A DNA stretch of 64,000 nucleotides from Myxococcota bacterium (GCA_965140415.1 OZ223209.1:2336001-2400000); one strand, 5' to 3'; positions 29,662 to 39,767 are shown, counted from the stretch's first letter. Notes: a model not told the origin generated them from the sequence alone. Program-made: numbers and translations.

Positions 29662-30453
29662 ATGATTGAATTGACCTGGTATGGAAATGCAACCATTCTC
29701 TTTCGTGCTGGTGAAACCAGTTTGATCAGCGATCCGTTCTTTACGCGAAATCCCGATCTGCCTCCGATCACAATGGAGGAAATCGCTCAGGCGGATGGCA
29801 TTCTGGTTACGCACGGGCATTTCGATCATGTAGCGGATTTTCCGGCCATTCTGGATGAACTTCCGCATCCGGTGCTGGCACCGCCCGCTGTTGCGCCTCG
29901 TTTGCAGCATTGGACGGATGCGCTGGCCAAACATACGGTTCCGATGCCGACCAACATGGAAAGTCCATTTCAAGATGTAACCTTGACCGCTTTGGATGCC
30001 AAGCATGTCACCTTCGATCTGCCATTGATTGTCAGTACGGTATCCGCCTTTTTCAAAGGCGATGTCGGCCTGAACTGGACACGCCTCAAACGGAATCTTT
30101 ACGATCACCGGCATTGCCCCATGGGACAATGTGTCGCCTGGTTGCTGGAATATCAGGGCAGCAAAGCGCTTCATATCGGGAGTCTGGCTCTAGACCCCGG
30201 GCAGGTGTATCCCACTGGGGTGGATGTTCTTTGCCTGCCTTTGCAGGGAAACAGCAAGGTGCATGAACTGGCGGCGGATATCGTTGAAAAACTGCAACCC
30301 AAGGCCGTGTATATCCATCATATTGACGATGCCTTTCCGCCGATCAGTCAGAATGTCGATACTGCACCGTTTGTTGAATTGATGGCTGCCCGCTACCCGG
30401 AAATTCCGGTCACGATACCCGAGTACCGGTTGCCGGTTACTTTTGGCAACTAG
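29662..30453 (+). CDS. MBL-fold metal-dependent hydrolase
   Basis: LTWYGNA, DPF, THGHFDH. Confidence 0.88.
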   Translation: MIELTWYGNATILFRAGETSLISDPFFTRNPDLPPITMEEIAQADGILVTHGHFDHVADFPAILDELPHPVLAPPAVAPRLQHWTDALAKHTVPMPTNMESPFQDVTLTALDAKHVTFDLPLIVSTVSAFFKGDVGLNWTRLKRNLYDHRHCPMGQCVAWLLEYQGSKALHIGSLALDPGQVYPTGVDVLCLPLQGNSKVHELAADIVEKLQPKAVYIHHIDDAFPPISQNVDTAPFVELMAARYPEIPVTIPEYRLPVTFGN

Positions 30454-30538
30454 CCGTTCTGCATGCCATTTATCTGATTGCTACATAGTCATGCCTGTTA
30501 GATTAAACGAAAAGCTGCGTTGAGTTTCTGGAGGAGAT

Positions 30539-31051
30539 GTGATGCCTACAGCAGAAGAAATCATCCGTAAATTCGGTTTGGAACCCTTGCCGGGGGAAGG
30601 GGGATATTACTATGAGACGTACCGCAGCAAATTGGAGCTGTCCTCGGAATGCCTGCCGGATGACTATTCTGGGTCGAGAGCAATGTCGACCGCGATCTAT
30701 TATTTACTGACCCCTGATGGCGTTTCAAGCATGCATCGTGTGCCGGGCGATGAAATCTTTCACTTTTACCTCGGAGATCCCGTAGATCAGCTTATGCTTT
30801 ATCCGGATGGGCATAGCCAGATTGTAACTCTTGGTTCCGATTTCGAGCGAGGACAGCAGTTTCAATCGGTGGTACCGGGTGGTGTCTGGCAGGGGGCTTG
30901 GTTGAAAGATGGGGGACAATTCGCTCTGCTGGGCACGACCATGGCGCCTGGTTTCGAGTTTTCTGACTATGAATCCGGGAATCGGGAGCAATTGATTTCA
31001 GAGTATCCCTCTGCCCGACAATTCATTGAAAGACTTACGCAGAATCCATAG
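30539..31051 (+). CDS. Cupin domain protein (DUF985-like)
   Basis: LEPLPGEGGYYYETYRS, TAIYYLL, DEIFHFYLGDP, APGFEFSD. Confidence 0.88.
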   Translation: MMPTAEEIIRKFGLEPLPGEGGYYYETYRSKLELSSECLPDDYSGSRAMSTAIYYLLTPDGVSSMHRVPGDEIFHFYLGDPVDQLMLYPDGHSQIVTLGSDFERGQQFQSVVPGGVWQGAWLKDGGQFALLGTTMAPGFEFSDYESGNREQLISEYPSARQFIERLTQNP

Positions 31052-31182
31052 CTGCGATTGTTAAAAAACCAACAAGTCGGCCAAATTTATTGGCAATTCC
31101 TAGCAAAGTGATATACTAGCTCATGTTTCCGGGTGTCCACTTTGCTTAGAATGCCGAATAAATACAATGCATTGGAGATTGT

Positions 31183-32526
31183 ATGATGCGAAGGATTACG
31201 CTTTTGGTCCTGTTGGGAATGATGTTTTTCATCGTGATTTCAGGATGTTCCGATGAGGATGATCCTATAGCGGATGGCGATGTCGCGGATGGTGATGCGA
31301 CAGACGGCGATCAGTCGGCTGATGGCGATTCTTCCTCCGATGGGGATCAATCGACGGATGGTGATATCTCGCCAGATGGTGATGTCGCTCCCGATGGTGA
31401 TCAATCTGCGGATGGTGATTTTTCCGAAAGCGAACAGGTGGATGGCGATCAAAGCGAAAGCGAAGCCGATGCCGAAGCCGTTCAGGATCTGCACCCTCCG
31501 ACAATTGAATTCTCCGATTTGCAACTGTATCAGGGAGTCAAAAGAAATCAAGAGGTTACTGTAACCGTTACCGACGATGTGGCGGTCAGCAAAGTCGAGC
31601 TTTTTGTCAATTCAAATCCCGATCCCGTTGCGGCGAGTTATTCGGAACCGTTTACACTCACCTGGGTAACAGATGCTTACTTCAACGGTATTGCCTCGAT
31701 TCGTGCGGTTGCCACTGATGGCAGTGGCAAGCAGGGTGAAACGGAGCGATTGCCTGTGGTGATTATCAATGGTGGATTGGAAGCGACGTTAGTTGAAGGC
31801 AATGCGGGTTTCCTTTCCATTCCTGAAGACTATGACGGCACCCAGGAAGTAGATGTCAAACATCATTGGAACAACCCGGAAAACGTGTGGCGCATCATGG
31901 GACTGTTGGCCTTCTGGCCGCCTACAAGAGAGGCTGACTGGGATCTGGAACTGACGATGGGAACGGGCTATTGTCCACATTCCGGAATGGCGTATCCGGA
32001 ATCGTTGATTATTGATTCGCAAAGTCCCATGTGGGTGGATGTCTCCTTCCTTGACGAAATGCCTACGGGACAAAACTTCATACACATCAGTCCACTCAAT
32101 GCCGTCGAGCATAAAGGCGAGTACCTTACGCTGGTGCTTCGGGTCTTTCTCTTTCATGATCCGCTGATTGTCGATGGTGATATCGACAATGATGGCACGG
32201 ACGGCGATTGGGTCGATAGCGAATGGGTTGAGGCGGATGCTGTAGATGGCGATGTTGAACAATACGTTCCGGTGGGACATTCGGAAAATCTCAATGGCGT
32301 TCGGCATCGTCCGAATTATGCCGATCCGTTGAATAACTGTATCGTCTGTCATAGTGCGACATTGGATGGTGGTGTGCGAAGTTGCTATGACTGCCACAAT
32401 GCAGATGATCACACGCTGAGTATACAGGGAAAAATGCACAAGATCGGGACAAGTTCAACCTGCACGGCTTGTCATGGTCCGAATAACAGCGGAGGACTTG
32501 GCCCGGCGTGTTCCAAGTGCCACTAG
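31183..32526 (+). CDS. Lipoprotein: DGD-repeat tether, Ig-like domain(s), C-terminal tetraheme cytochrome c
   Basis: Lipobox ISG-C; 10 plus 3 DGD; Ig-like TDDVAVSKVELFVN...PFTLTW...AVATDGSG; CIVCH, CYDCH, CTACH, CSKCH. Confidence 0.85.
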   Translation: MMRRITLLVLLGMMFFIVISGCSDEDDPIADGDVADGDATDGDQSADGDSSSDGDQSTDGDISPDGDVAPDGDQSADGDFSESEQVDGDQSESEADAEAVQDLHPPTIEFSDLQLYQGVKRNQEVTVTVTDDVAVSKVELFVNSNPDPVAASYSEPFTLTWVTDAYFNGIASIRAVATDGSGKQGETERLPVVIINGGLEATLVEGNAGFLSIPEDYDGTQEVDVKHHWNNPENVWRIMGLLAFWPPTREADWDLELTMGTGYCPHSGMAYPESLIIDSQSPMWVDVSFLDEMPTGQNFIHISPLNAVEHKGEYLTLVLRVFLFHDPLIVDGDIDNDGTDGDWVDSEWVEADAVDGDVEQYVPVGHSENLNGVRHRPNYADPLNNCIVCHSATLDGGVRSCYDCHNADDHTLSIQGKMHKIGTSSTCTACHGPNNSGGLGPACSKCH

Positions 32527-32584
32527 CTGATGATTTCGAAGGCGCATCTAAGAACAATTACATCATTGATAAGAGGAATTGGAA

Positions 32585-33136
32585 ATGAAAAGGGTATTTT
32601 CGGTCGTACTTACAGGAGTTTTATTTTTCACGTTGATCGTGGGATGCAATGAAAGCGATGATCCCACTTCGGACGGAGATATGACGACAGACGGGGATAC
32701 GACCGTTGATGGTGATTCTTCTACTGACGGTGATGTTTCTGTGGATGGAGACACCACGACAGACGGTGACACAACGACTGATGGTGATGTGGCCGTGGAT
32801 GGGGACACCACGACAGACGGGGACACAACGATTGATGGTGATGTGACCATCGATGGTGATGAGGATGCCAGCTCTGCGCCGGATGGTCATACGGAAAATT
32901 TGGATGGAACGTGGCATAAGCCGGGGAAAGAAAATCCTCTGAGTAATTGCACGGCTTGTCATGGTGCTAATCTGGATGGCGGTGTGGGCAGTTGCTATGC
33001 CTGTCACAATTCAAGTGACCATACCCGAAGTCAGCATGGCGTACTGCACAAAATTGGTACGAGCAATAGCTGCACGGTTTGTCACGGTCCGAGTAATACT
33101 GGTGGACTTGGTCCGGCCTGTAACGATTGTCATTAG
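32585..33136 (+). CDS. Lipoprotein: 11 DGD hexapeptide repeats and a tetraheme cytochrome c domain
   Basis: Lipobox IVG-C; CTACH, CYACH, CTVCH, CNDCH. Confidence 0.88.
   Translation: MKRVFSVVLTGVLFFTLIVGCNESDDPTSDGDMTTDGDTTVDGDSSTDGDVSVDGDTTTDGDTTTDGDVAVDGDTTTDGDTTIDGDVTIDGDEDASSAPDGHTENLDGTWHKPGKENPLSNCTACHGANLDGGVGSCYACHNSSDHTRSQHGVLHKIGTSNSCTVCHGPSNTGGLGPACNDCH
32672..32860 (+). repeat. 18-bp degenerate coding tandem repeat (DGDxxx x11)
   Basis: Strict 6-residue periodicity: DGDMTT DGDTTV DGDSST DGDVSV DGDTTT... Confidence 0.9.
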
Positions 33137-33185
33137 GCTTTCAAGCCGACAAAGTGCGATAGCCGTGAACAAGAGGGAGGGATTA

Positions 33186-33593
33186 ATGAAACCGCTATTT
33201 TCATCCTTGCTCGTAATGCTATGTATGCTGTTATTCATGTGTGGATGCGACGAAGACAATTCTCCAAATCCGGATGGTGATGGAACGACAGATGGTGATG
33301 CCGTCACGGATGGGGATGTGGATATGACCGATGTGCCGGATGGCCATACGGAAAATTTGGATGGAACGTGGCATAAGCCGGGAAAAGAAGATCCGCTGAG
33401 TAATTGCACGGCTTGTCATGGCGCTAATCTGGATGGCGGTGTGGGCAGTTGCTATGCCTGTCATAATTCAAGTGACCACAATAAAAACCGGAGTGGTGTC
33501 AAGCATCAGGATGGTTCGAGTAGTAGCTGTTCGACCTGCCACGGTCCCAATAACGGCGGGGGATTGGGACCGGCCTGTAACGAATGTCACTGA
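33186..33593 (+). CDS. Lipoprotein: 3 DGD repeats and a tetraheme cytochrome c domain
   Basis: Start moved to ATG 33186 after GGAGG; lipobox MCG-C; CTACH, CYACH, CSTCH, CNECH. Confidence 0.88.
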   Translation: MKPLFSSLLVMLCMLLFMCGCDEDNSPNPDGDGTTDGDAVTDGDVDMTDVPDGHTENLDGTWHKPGKEDPLSNCTACHGANLDGGVGSCYACHNSSDHNKNRSGVKHQDGSSSSCSTCHGPNNGGGLGPACNECH

Positions 33594-33679
33594 ATGTTCG
33601 TGCTTTTATAAAAAATCGCTTTCGGTGATCAGGTATTGGCGAGGTTTTTCGGAAAAATTACGGTGATGTGAAAGTTTAC

Positions 33680-33716
33680 TTGAGAAAACGGGCAAGTTCT
33701 TGTAATATCGCGCGCC
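33680..33716 (+). promoter_or_regulatory. tRNA promoter with GC-rich discriminator
   Basis: TTGAGA-N17-TAATAT followed by CGCGCGCC. Confidence 0.65.
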
Positions 33717-33718
33717 GT

Positions 33719-33805
33719 GGGGCCGTGGTGGAACTGGTAGACACAAGGGACTTAAAATCCCTCGCCTTCACGGGTGTACGGGTTCGATTCCCGTCGGCCC
33801 TACCA
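33719..33805 (+). tRNA. tRNA-Leu(TAA)
   Basis: Acceptor stem GGGGCCG/CGGCCCT-A-CCA; D loop TGGTAGAC; anticodon arm AGGGA-CTTAAAA-TCCCT; long variable arm; GGTTCGATTCC T loop. Confidence 0.96.
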
Positions 33806-33843
33806 TTTTTTCTTTCCGAATAATTTCAAAGCAAGCTCGGATA

Positions 33844-33880
33844 AAGCTTCTCCCCGTCCTTGGACGGGGAGAAGTTGTTT
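33844..33880. terminator. Hairpin terminator between the convergent tRNA and lysAC genes
   Basis: CTTCTCCCCGTC-cttg-GACGGGGAGAAG perfect stem followed by TTGTTT. Confidence 0.75.
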
Positions 33881-36478
33881 CTACACCAGGAAAATTTCTT
33901 TCGCCGGTGGGCGAATATTGTATTCGCTGCTCATGGTTCGGCCATAGGCACCGGCAGTGGCGAGAAGCAAAATATCGCCTTCTTGAGTGGGCGGCAGGTG
34001 GCGACTGTAACCGAAGGTGTCGCCGGATTCGCAGATGGGTCCGACCACGTTGGCTACCCACGTTGCCGGTTCTTCGATTCGGGATAGGTTGACGATTTCA
34101 TGATAGGCACCATACAACGCAGGACGGATCAAGGTATTCATTCCGGCGTTGGTTCCAACATAGTTGATGGTGCCCTTTTTCTTTAATTGGGTAACCTCTG
34201 CCAATAAGACTCCGGCTTCGGCCACCAAATATCGACCCGGTTCCAGCCATAACTCGAATTGCGGGTAGGCGGCTTTGATCTTTTTCAGGCTTTCATCGAC
34301 TGCTTCCAGATTCAACGGCTTTTGTCCCGGCTTTTCAGGGATACCCAAGCCGCCGCCCAGGTCCAGAATTTTCGCATCCGGGAAGTATTCCGACATGTTG
34401 ATCAGGAACAGGGCGGTATCGCTCCAGTTGTCCGAAGTGCGGATGCCGCTGCCTGTGTGAGCGTGCAAGCCGACGATCCGAGTCTTATTCTGTACCGCCA
34501 GATTGGCGAAATGTTCGATCTGTTCTTCATAAATGCCGAACTTGGCTTTGGCTCCTGCCGTTTTGACGTGCTTGTGATGGCCACGACCATGACCCGGATC
34601 GAGTCGAACCATCACATCTCGATCCTGGAAGATTTCCGGCCAGGCTTCCAAGGGGAACAGGTTGTCCAACGTAACCCGAACGTTTTTATCCAGTCCTTGT
34701 TCATATTCCTTACGTGGGGCAAAATTCGGTGTAAAGACAATGCGTTTTGGGTCCAGATCGGGGAAAAGAGAGAAGACGTGGTCGATTTCTCCCGGCGAAA
34801 CGCACTCGAATCCAAGCCCGGATTGATACACGGTTTTCAGAATGTCAGGCTGATTGTTGGCCTTGATTGCATAGAAAGCCTTGTCGATTGCGCCCATCGA
34901 CTGAATATTGCCAATCATTTCTCCGAGCCGCTTATTGCTGTAAACGTACAGGGGCGACTCGTTTTTCGCTAACGAAATCAGCTCTTCCCGTCGCTCCGTC
35001 CACCAGGTTGTCGGACGGGATACTTTGGTTCTTTTGCGTTTATCGAAGAGTTGCCGCCAAGTGGGACCGAATTTTCTGGCCTGATAATTATCGGAAATCA
35101 GTTGGCTGTGCAGATTGCGTACCAGGCGCTCGCTCTGATCTTCATCGACGACAAACGAAAGGTTCAAGTCGCTGGCTGCTTGAGAGACGAGGTAAATGCG
35201 TTTTTCCTCGAACACGTCGAAAGCCGAACCGATTTGCCCCAGAATGGAGCGAATGTCCCGACCAACCAAGGACACGCAACCGCATGGTCCGATAATCTCA
35301 ACCTGGCAGAATTCCTCCAAGTCGCGGCGAACGGCTTCCAGTGTTGCCTGATCCAGCGCTTCACTGGACATGTCCAGTGTGACCGATACGTTGGTCTCAG
35401 CAGTGGAAACGAGGTCGATGGACAAACCATACTTTTTGAAACAGGCAAAGGCGTCGGCCAGAAAGCCCGGCTTGCGCCACATGTCCTGGGCTTCCATCGC
35501 GATCAGGATCACTCCTTTTTTGGAAGAAATCGCCTTCAGTTGCTCCGAACTGGGTGGAGTGTCCGAGGAAATGATGGTGCCATCCATTTTGGGATGATGC
35601 GTACAGCGGATATGCAATGGAATATCATGCTTTTTCAGTGGTCCCAGGCAACGAGGATGGAGCACCCCGGCACCGGCGGAGGTGATTTCCTGTGCTTCTT
35701 CGTAATCCAGGGATTGAATCAGGCGTGCAACGGGAATCAGACGCGGATCGCTGGTGAAGATACCGGGAACATCCGTCCAGATTTCGCAGCGAACGGCCTG
35801 AAGCTTGGCTGCGAAATACGCTGCCGACGTATCCGATCCACCTCGTCCCAGCAGGACAGTCTTGTCTTTACAATCCGAAGCAATAAAGCCCTGGGAAATG
35901 ATGATTTGTGCCGGATCTTGGCTGTATTCTGTTTGTAATGCAGTATTGCTATCATAGTTGCAGTTGGAGGAGAGGAATTTCCGCTGATCGGAAAGTCGAA
36001 TATCTTCCACGCAGTGCAATGCCTCACGGGCATCTTTCCAACTGGTTGAAAGTCCTTTCGAATTGAGATACGCTGCCCCCAGTTTTGTGGAAAGCAACTC
36101 GCCGTGGGCCAGTACGCGTGCATGCAGGCGGGGGCTGACTTCCGCCGTCAAGGATGCGCCCAATAACAGGCGGGACAGGTTTTCCAGATCTTCGCCCAGC
36201 AGGGCTTCCGAATTCAGTCCCAATTCTTCTGCGAGCTGTTGATGTTTGGCGATCAACGCGCCAAGTAATTGTTGATGCTCGTTATTTTTAGCGGCAACGA
36301 GCAGGGCTTCCAATTGATTGGATACGCCGCTTAACGCCGAACAGATCAAGATCGGTTTCAGATCCTCTTCCAATCGATGACGTAGGACTTCGGCGATGGT
36401 ATCCCAGCTTTTTTGGGAGGAAACACTGGTTCCACCAAACTTCAATACAACAAACGGAGTGGAAACTTCTTCTTCCAT
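33881..36478 (-). CDS. lysAC: Bifunctional aspartate kinase / diaminopimelate decarboxylase
   Basis: Start moved to 36478. VVLKFGGTSV, LGRGGSDTSA, ACT-like domains, then FYAIKAN (PLP lysine), DLGGGLG, LEPGRYLV, GPICESGD. Confidence 0.93.
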   Translation of the reverse strand: MEEEVSTPFVVLKFGGTSVSSQKSWDTIAEVLRHRLEEDLKPILICSALSGVSNQLEALLVAAKNNEHQQLLGALIAKHQQLAEELGLNSEALLGEDLENLSRLLLGASLTAEVSPRLHARVLAHGELLSTKLGAAYLNSKGLSTSWKDAREALHCVEDIRLSDQRKFLSSNCNYDSNTALQTEYSQDPAQIIISQGFIASDCKDKTVLLGRGGSDTSAAYFAAKLQAVRCEIWTDVPGIFTSDPRLIPVARLIQSLDYEEAQEITSAGAGVLHPRCLGPLKKHDIPLHIRCTHHPKMDGTIISSDTPPSSEQLKAISSKKGVILIAMEAQDMWRKPGFLADAFACFKKYGLSIDLVSTAETNVSVTLDMSSEALDQATLEAVRRDLEEFCQVEIIGPCGCVSLVGRDIRSILGQIGSAFDVFEEKRIYLVSQAASDLNLSFVVDEDQSERLVRNLHSQLISDNYQARKFGPTWRQLFDKRKRTKVSRPTTWWTERREELISLAKNESPLYVYSNKRLGEMIGNIQSMGAIDKAFYAIKANNQPDILKTVYQSGLGFECVSPGEIDHVFSLFPDLDPKRIVFTPNFAPRKEYEQGLDKNVRVTLDNLFPLEAWPEIFQDRDVMVRLDPGHGRGHHKHVKTAGAKAKFGIYEEQIEHFANLAVQNKTRIVGLHAHTGSGIRTSDNWSDTALFLINMSEYFPDAKILDLGGGLGIPEKPGQKPLNLEAVDESLKKIKAAYPQFELWLEPGRYLVAEAGVLLAEVTQLKKKGTINYVGTNAGMNTLIRPALYGAYHEIVNLSRIEEPATWVANVVGPICESGDTFGYSRHLPPTQEGDILLLATAGAYGRTMSSEYNIRPPAKEIFLV

Positions 36479-36664
36479 AACTCTTCCCCTTTGGGTTTTT
36501 CCAAATAATCTTATGATGACGAGCTGAACATGATATAAGGTATACGGTGAGAATACAAGAAATATCTTGGATTGAATGGATTCAAAAGAGTTGCCCGAGT
36601 CGTACCTGCTCTGATAAGATATTGCCTTCTGTTGCAGAAACGTAAATTTGATTGAGGAATTCCG

Positions 36665-39211
36665 ATGTTCGCAAAATCGTATCGTCCACATGGACTGTTG
36701 ATAGCTACACTTATACTGCTCGCAGGTTCCTTTGTCGCTTGTTCAAGTACCGGTGACACGGTTGTCGATGGCGATTTGGAAGGCGATAGTATTTTCGAGT
36801 GCTATACGTTGATCGATTGTCCCCCGGGTGAAATTTGTGAAGCGCATCGTTGTGTGGCGGTTGGACCGCAGGGCGATGAAGACGAAGTTTCCGATGGTGA
36901 TGTGGAATTGGATGCCGATCCGGATCTGGAGCCTGTCGATCCCTGCGGAGGCTGTCTGGATGGACAGATCTGCAATGAGCAGAGCGGCAAATGCGAAACT
37001 CCGATCGATGGGGATGAGGAAATCGAAGAAATGGAAGGGGGGGAAGATGAAGAGATGGATGACGAAACTCCCCCGGTTATTTCCGTGCGTTTCGTGCAAC
37101 CGGAAGCGGATGCCGTTGTGGATTCTGCGGTATTGATCCGCTTGGCAATCGACACATTGGAGCAATACGATACAATCCGTTTGCATGCGGCTGGTTCACT
37201 GTTGCAAGAATTCACCGAACCACCTTATGAAACCCTATGGGACACTTCTGCAATCGAGGAAGGTGAGGCGCTGCTCGTGGTTGAAGTGCTGGGAAACGAG
37301 CGCTTGCTTGCAACCGCCACTCGCTTGGTTTACGTGGATCATAGCGACCCGACGCTAACGCTGACTTCACCGGAGTCCGGTGATGAATTCGGCTATGATC
37401 AACAGATCCAGGTGGAAGCGGATGTACAGGATCATTTGCAGCAAGTGGAATTTTACATCGATGATGAACTGCAAACCACCATCACCGAGTTCGATGCATC
37501 CGGGAAGGTGACGATCAATACCCCGGCGCAAGATCTGTTGCCTGGCGATCATGTGTTGATGCTGCGCGCAAAAGATCGTGTGGATGGGCATCGTCAGGTC
37601 GAAGACGACGTGATCATCCATATCGATACCGAAGCGCCGCAGTTGGTGCTTGGGGGCGTGGCCTGGTCCGAAGAAGATCCTGATGAGGGTGTGATTTTTG
37701 CAGAAACCCCAATGGAAATTCGTTTTGAAGACCTTTCCAACTTGAAACAGGCATACTTTGAGTTAAAGGATAACTTTAACCATACGCTGATAAAGCTTAC
37801 TTCGACGGATGAATTCCCGTATACGATTACGGATTTCGATGTCTTGTTGCCCAGTGGTTCACAGATCTATCCGTTTGAAGTTCACGTCATTGCCAATGCT
37901 ACGGATCAGTATGATCATCAGCAGGGATTCAATCGCCAACTGACGATCAAGCGCGAAAAAATGGTATTCGATACCGAGGTGGAACCGCCTCTCGGTTACG
38001 AGCAGACCTATGCATTGGCTGCGAGTGAAACCAATGGCGCGATCTATGCCACGGTCTACGATCAACTCATTTCAATTACGACCGAAGGAGTGGAGCGTTG
38101 GCGCTGTCAGGCGGAAACGTTGACCTCGTTTGTCTCTGCTCCCATTGTCGTGGAAGGGGGCAATCAGCGCTTGATGGTACTGACTGTTGGCAGTGACGGT
38201 AGCTTGTATGTCAGGCACGACGGGCAATTGGAAGCGGAATGTCTGCGTTTCGATTTCGATCTCGGGTTGTCTGAAGCAGGTGCGCCTGCTGTGGGTGAAT
38301 TGGAAGAGATCGAAGGGGGAGTTCGTCTGCCGGTGTATTCCTGTGCAACAGCCGGAACAAGGACCAAATGTTTTCGTACCTATTACACTCACTTGGACGA
38401 TGCCGAAGCGCAGAATCGGGATTCATTCGACATCGATTGGACCTTCATCGGTGATGTGGATGAAACGGGACCGACGGCGATTGTCCTTCCGAAAGGTGGA
38501 AGTTATACCTGGTTGACGGTGGGTATGGGGCGTCAGGTCGTTTCACTGGATAGTGAAACCGGAATTCGTAAGAATGTGGATCGATTCAATATCGGGCAGA
38601 AAGTCAGCATGATCACGGCCAATCCGTTAGGCAAAGGGTTGATGGCTGCATCTGCGAAAGAATTTCACCTGTATAACTGGTTGTTGACGGAGTTGAATGT
38701 GGTTAACTTCGGTTCGCAAACCCTGGATGAATTCATGCCGTATCAGATCGTTTCGGACTCCGAGGGCAGTATTATGCTTTGTTCGAAAAAGGATTTCGGT
38801 ACGGTAGGGAGTCCCAATGTCAAAGGTGTGGTTACACCGATCCGTATCAGTAACGGTGATTTGGATGAGAACCTGCCGGATATGGTGCTGGAGGGAAAAG
38901 TCGGGGCGACTCCGGTTATCGGTCAGGAAAATATCGTGTATGTAGGTGGTGAGAATGCCAACGGAAATTTGTGGGCGTTCGATTACTATGCCGATACCGA
39001 CAACGATGAGCGTCAGTTGCGTTGGCGTATGCGCTTGCAAACCCGTTTACTTGCTCCATTGGTGATTTCACCCGCCGGGGATCTGCTTCTTATCGACAAC
39101 GAATTGAAGATCCGTCTGATCGATGCAAAAGGAGATTCTGTCGACGCGGAGGCATCCTGGCCGATGTATCAGGCGACCCCTCAACATGGTGGAAATTACC
39201 TGCCGCAATAG
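36665..39211 (+). CDS. Large lipoprotein: Cys-rich/DGD N-terminus, tandem Ig-like domains, C-terminal PQQ-like beta-propeller
   Basis: Lipobox FVA-C; DGD motifs; PPYETLWDT, VDHSDPTLTLTSP and IDTEAPQL Ig-like repeats; GVERWR and QLRWR blades; WPMYQATPQHGG closure. Confidence 0.75.
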   Translation: MFAKSYRPHGLLIATLILLAGSFVACSSTGDTVVDGDLEGDSIFECYTLIDCPPGEICEAHRCVAVGPQGDEDEVSDGDVELDADPDLEPVDPCGGCLDGQICNEQSGKCETPIDGDEEIEEMEGGEDEEMDDETPPVISVRFVQPEADAVVDSAVLIRLAIDTLEQYDTIRLHAAGSLLQEFTEPPYETLWDTSAIEEGEALLVVEVLGNERLLATATRLVYVDHSDPTLTLTSPESGDEFGYDQQIQVEADVQDHLQQVEFYIDDELQTTITEFDASGKVTINTPAQDLLPGDHVLMLRAKDRVDGHRQVEDDVIIHIDTEAPQLVLGGVAWSEEDPDEGVIFAETPMEIRFEDLSNLKQAYFELKDNFNHTLIKLTSTDEFPYTITDFDVLLPSGSQIYPFEVHVIANATDQYDHQQGFNRQLTIKREKMVFDTEVEPPLGYEQTYALAASETNGAIYATVYDQLISITTEGVERWRCQAETLTSFVSAPIVVEGGNQRLMVLTVGSDGSLYVRHDGQLEAECLRFDFDLGLSEAGAPAVGELEEIEGGVRLPVYSCATAGTRTKCFRTYYTHLDDAEAQNRDSFDIDWTFIGDVDETGPTAIVLPKGGSYTWLTVGMGRQVVSLDSETGIRKNVDRFNIGQKVSMITANPLGKGLMAASAKEFHLYNWLLTELNVVNFGSQTLDEFMPYQIVSDSEGSIMLCSKKDFGTVGSPNVKGVVTPIRISNGDLDENLPDMVLEGKVGATPVIGQENIVYVGGENANGNLWAFDYYADTDNDERQLRWRMRLQTRLLAPLVISPAGDLLLIDNELKIRLIDAKGDSVDAEASWPMYQATPQHGGNYLPQ

Positions 39212-39377
39212 AAGATGCGTGAAAATCCTGCAAGAGCCTGAATTTCTCTTGACCCTATCGACCTTTTGAATTACACCGTCACTAGGTGTTTGGTACGACG
39301 AAGAATGCCTTGAAAACAAGCTCTGATAGCGACAAGTAAAGAGTCGATTTCCTAAAATATATGAAAAGGAGACCGCA

Positions 39378-39767
39378 ATGCGTATTCCGGGTGATTTGCT
39401 GTATACGAAGGAACATGAGTGGGTAAAGAAAGAGGGTAACGTGGTTGCTCTTGGAATCACCGATCACGCGCAAGAACAGCTTGGGGATGTGGTGTTTCTA
39501 GAGTTACCCGAAGTAGAAGATGAAGTGTCTCAAGACGATACGATCGGTTCCGTTGAATCCACCAAGGCGGTTTCGGATATTTTCACCCCGGTAAGCGGGA
39601 AAGTGGTTGAGATCAACGAAGATATTTTAGACAGCCCGGAAGTTGTCAACCAGGATCCCTACGGTCAGGGCTGGATGGTGAAAATCGAGTTGTCTTCGCC
39701 GGATGAACTGGACGATCTGCTTTCCGCTGAAGACTACGAAAAATTCGTCGCCGAACAGGACGAGTAA
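39378..39767 (+). CDS. gcvH: Glycine cleavage system H protein
   Basis: YTKEHEWV, GITDHAQEQLGDVVF, VESTKAVSD (lipoyl lysine), DPYGQGW. Confidence 0.97.
   Translation: MRIPGDLLYTKEHEWVKKEGNVVALGITDHAQEQLGDVVFLELPEVEDEVSQDDTIGSVESTKAVSDIFTPVSGKVVEINEDILDSPEVVNQDPYGQGWMVKIELSSPDELDDLLSAEDYEKFVAEQDE

Noticed and set aside
32672-32860. Periodic 18-bp repeat as a possible CRISPR array
   Set aside because: It is in-frame coding sequence, degenerate at wobble positions, with no spacers and no cas genes.
32878-33478. Near-identical 144-bp pair as a diversity-generating retroelement TR/VR
   Set aside because: The mismatches are not adenine-specific, both copies are coding, and there is no reverse transcriptase in the window.
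33719-33880. tRNA-Leu as an integration site
   Set aside because: No integrase and no duplicated tRNA 3' end were seen in the window.
39212-39377. Possible glycine riboswitch before gcvH
   Set aside because: I could not find the GGAGA...CCGAAG...CTCTCAGG core; gcvT is also absent from this cluster.
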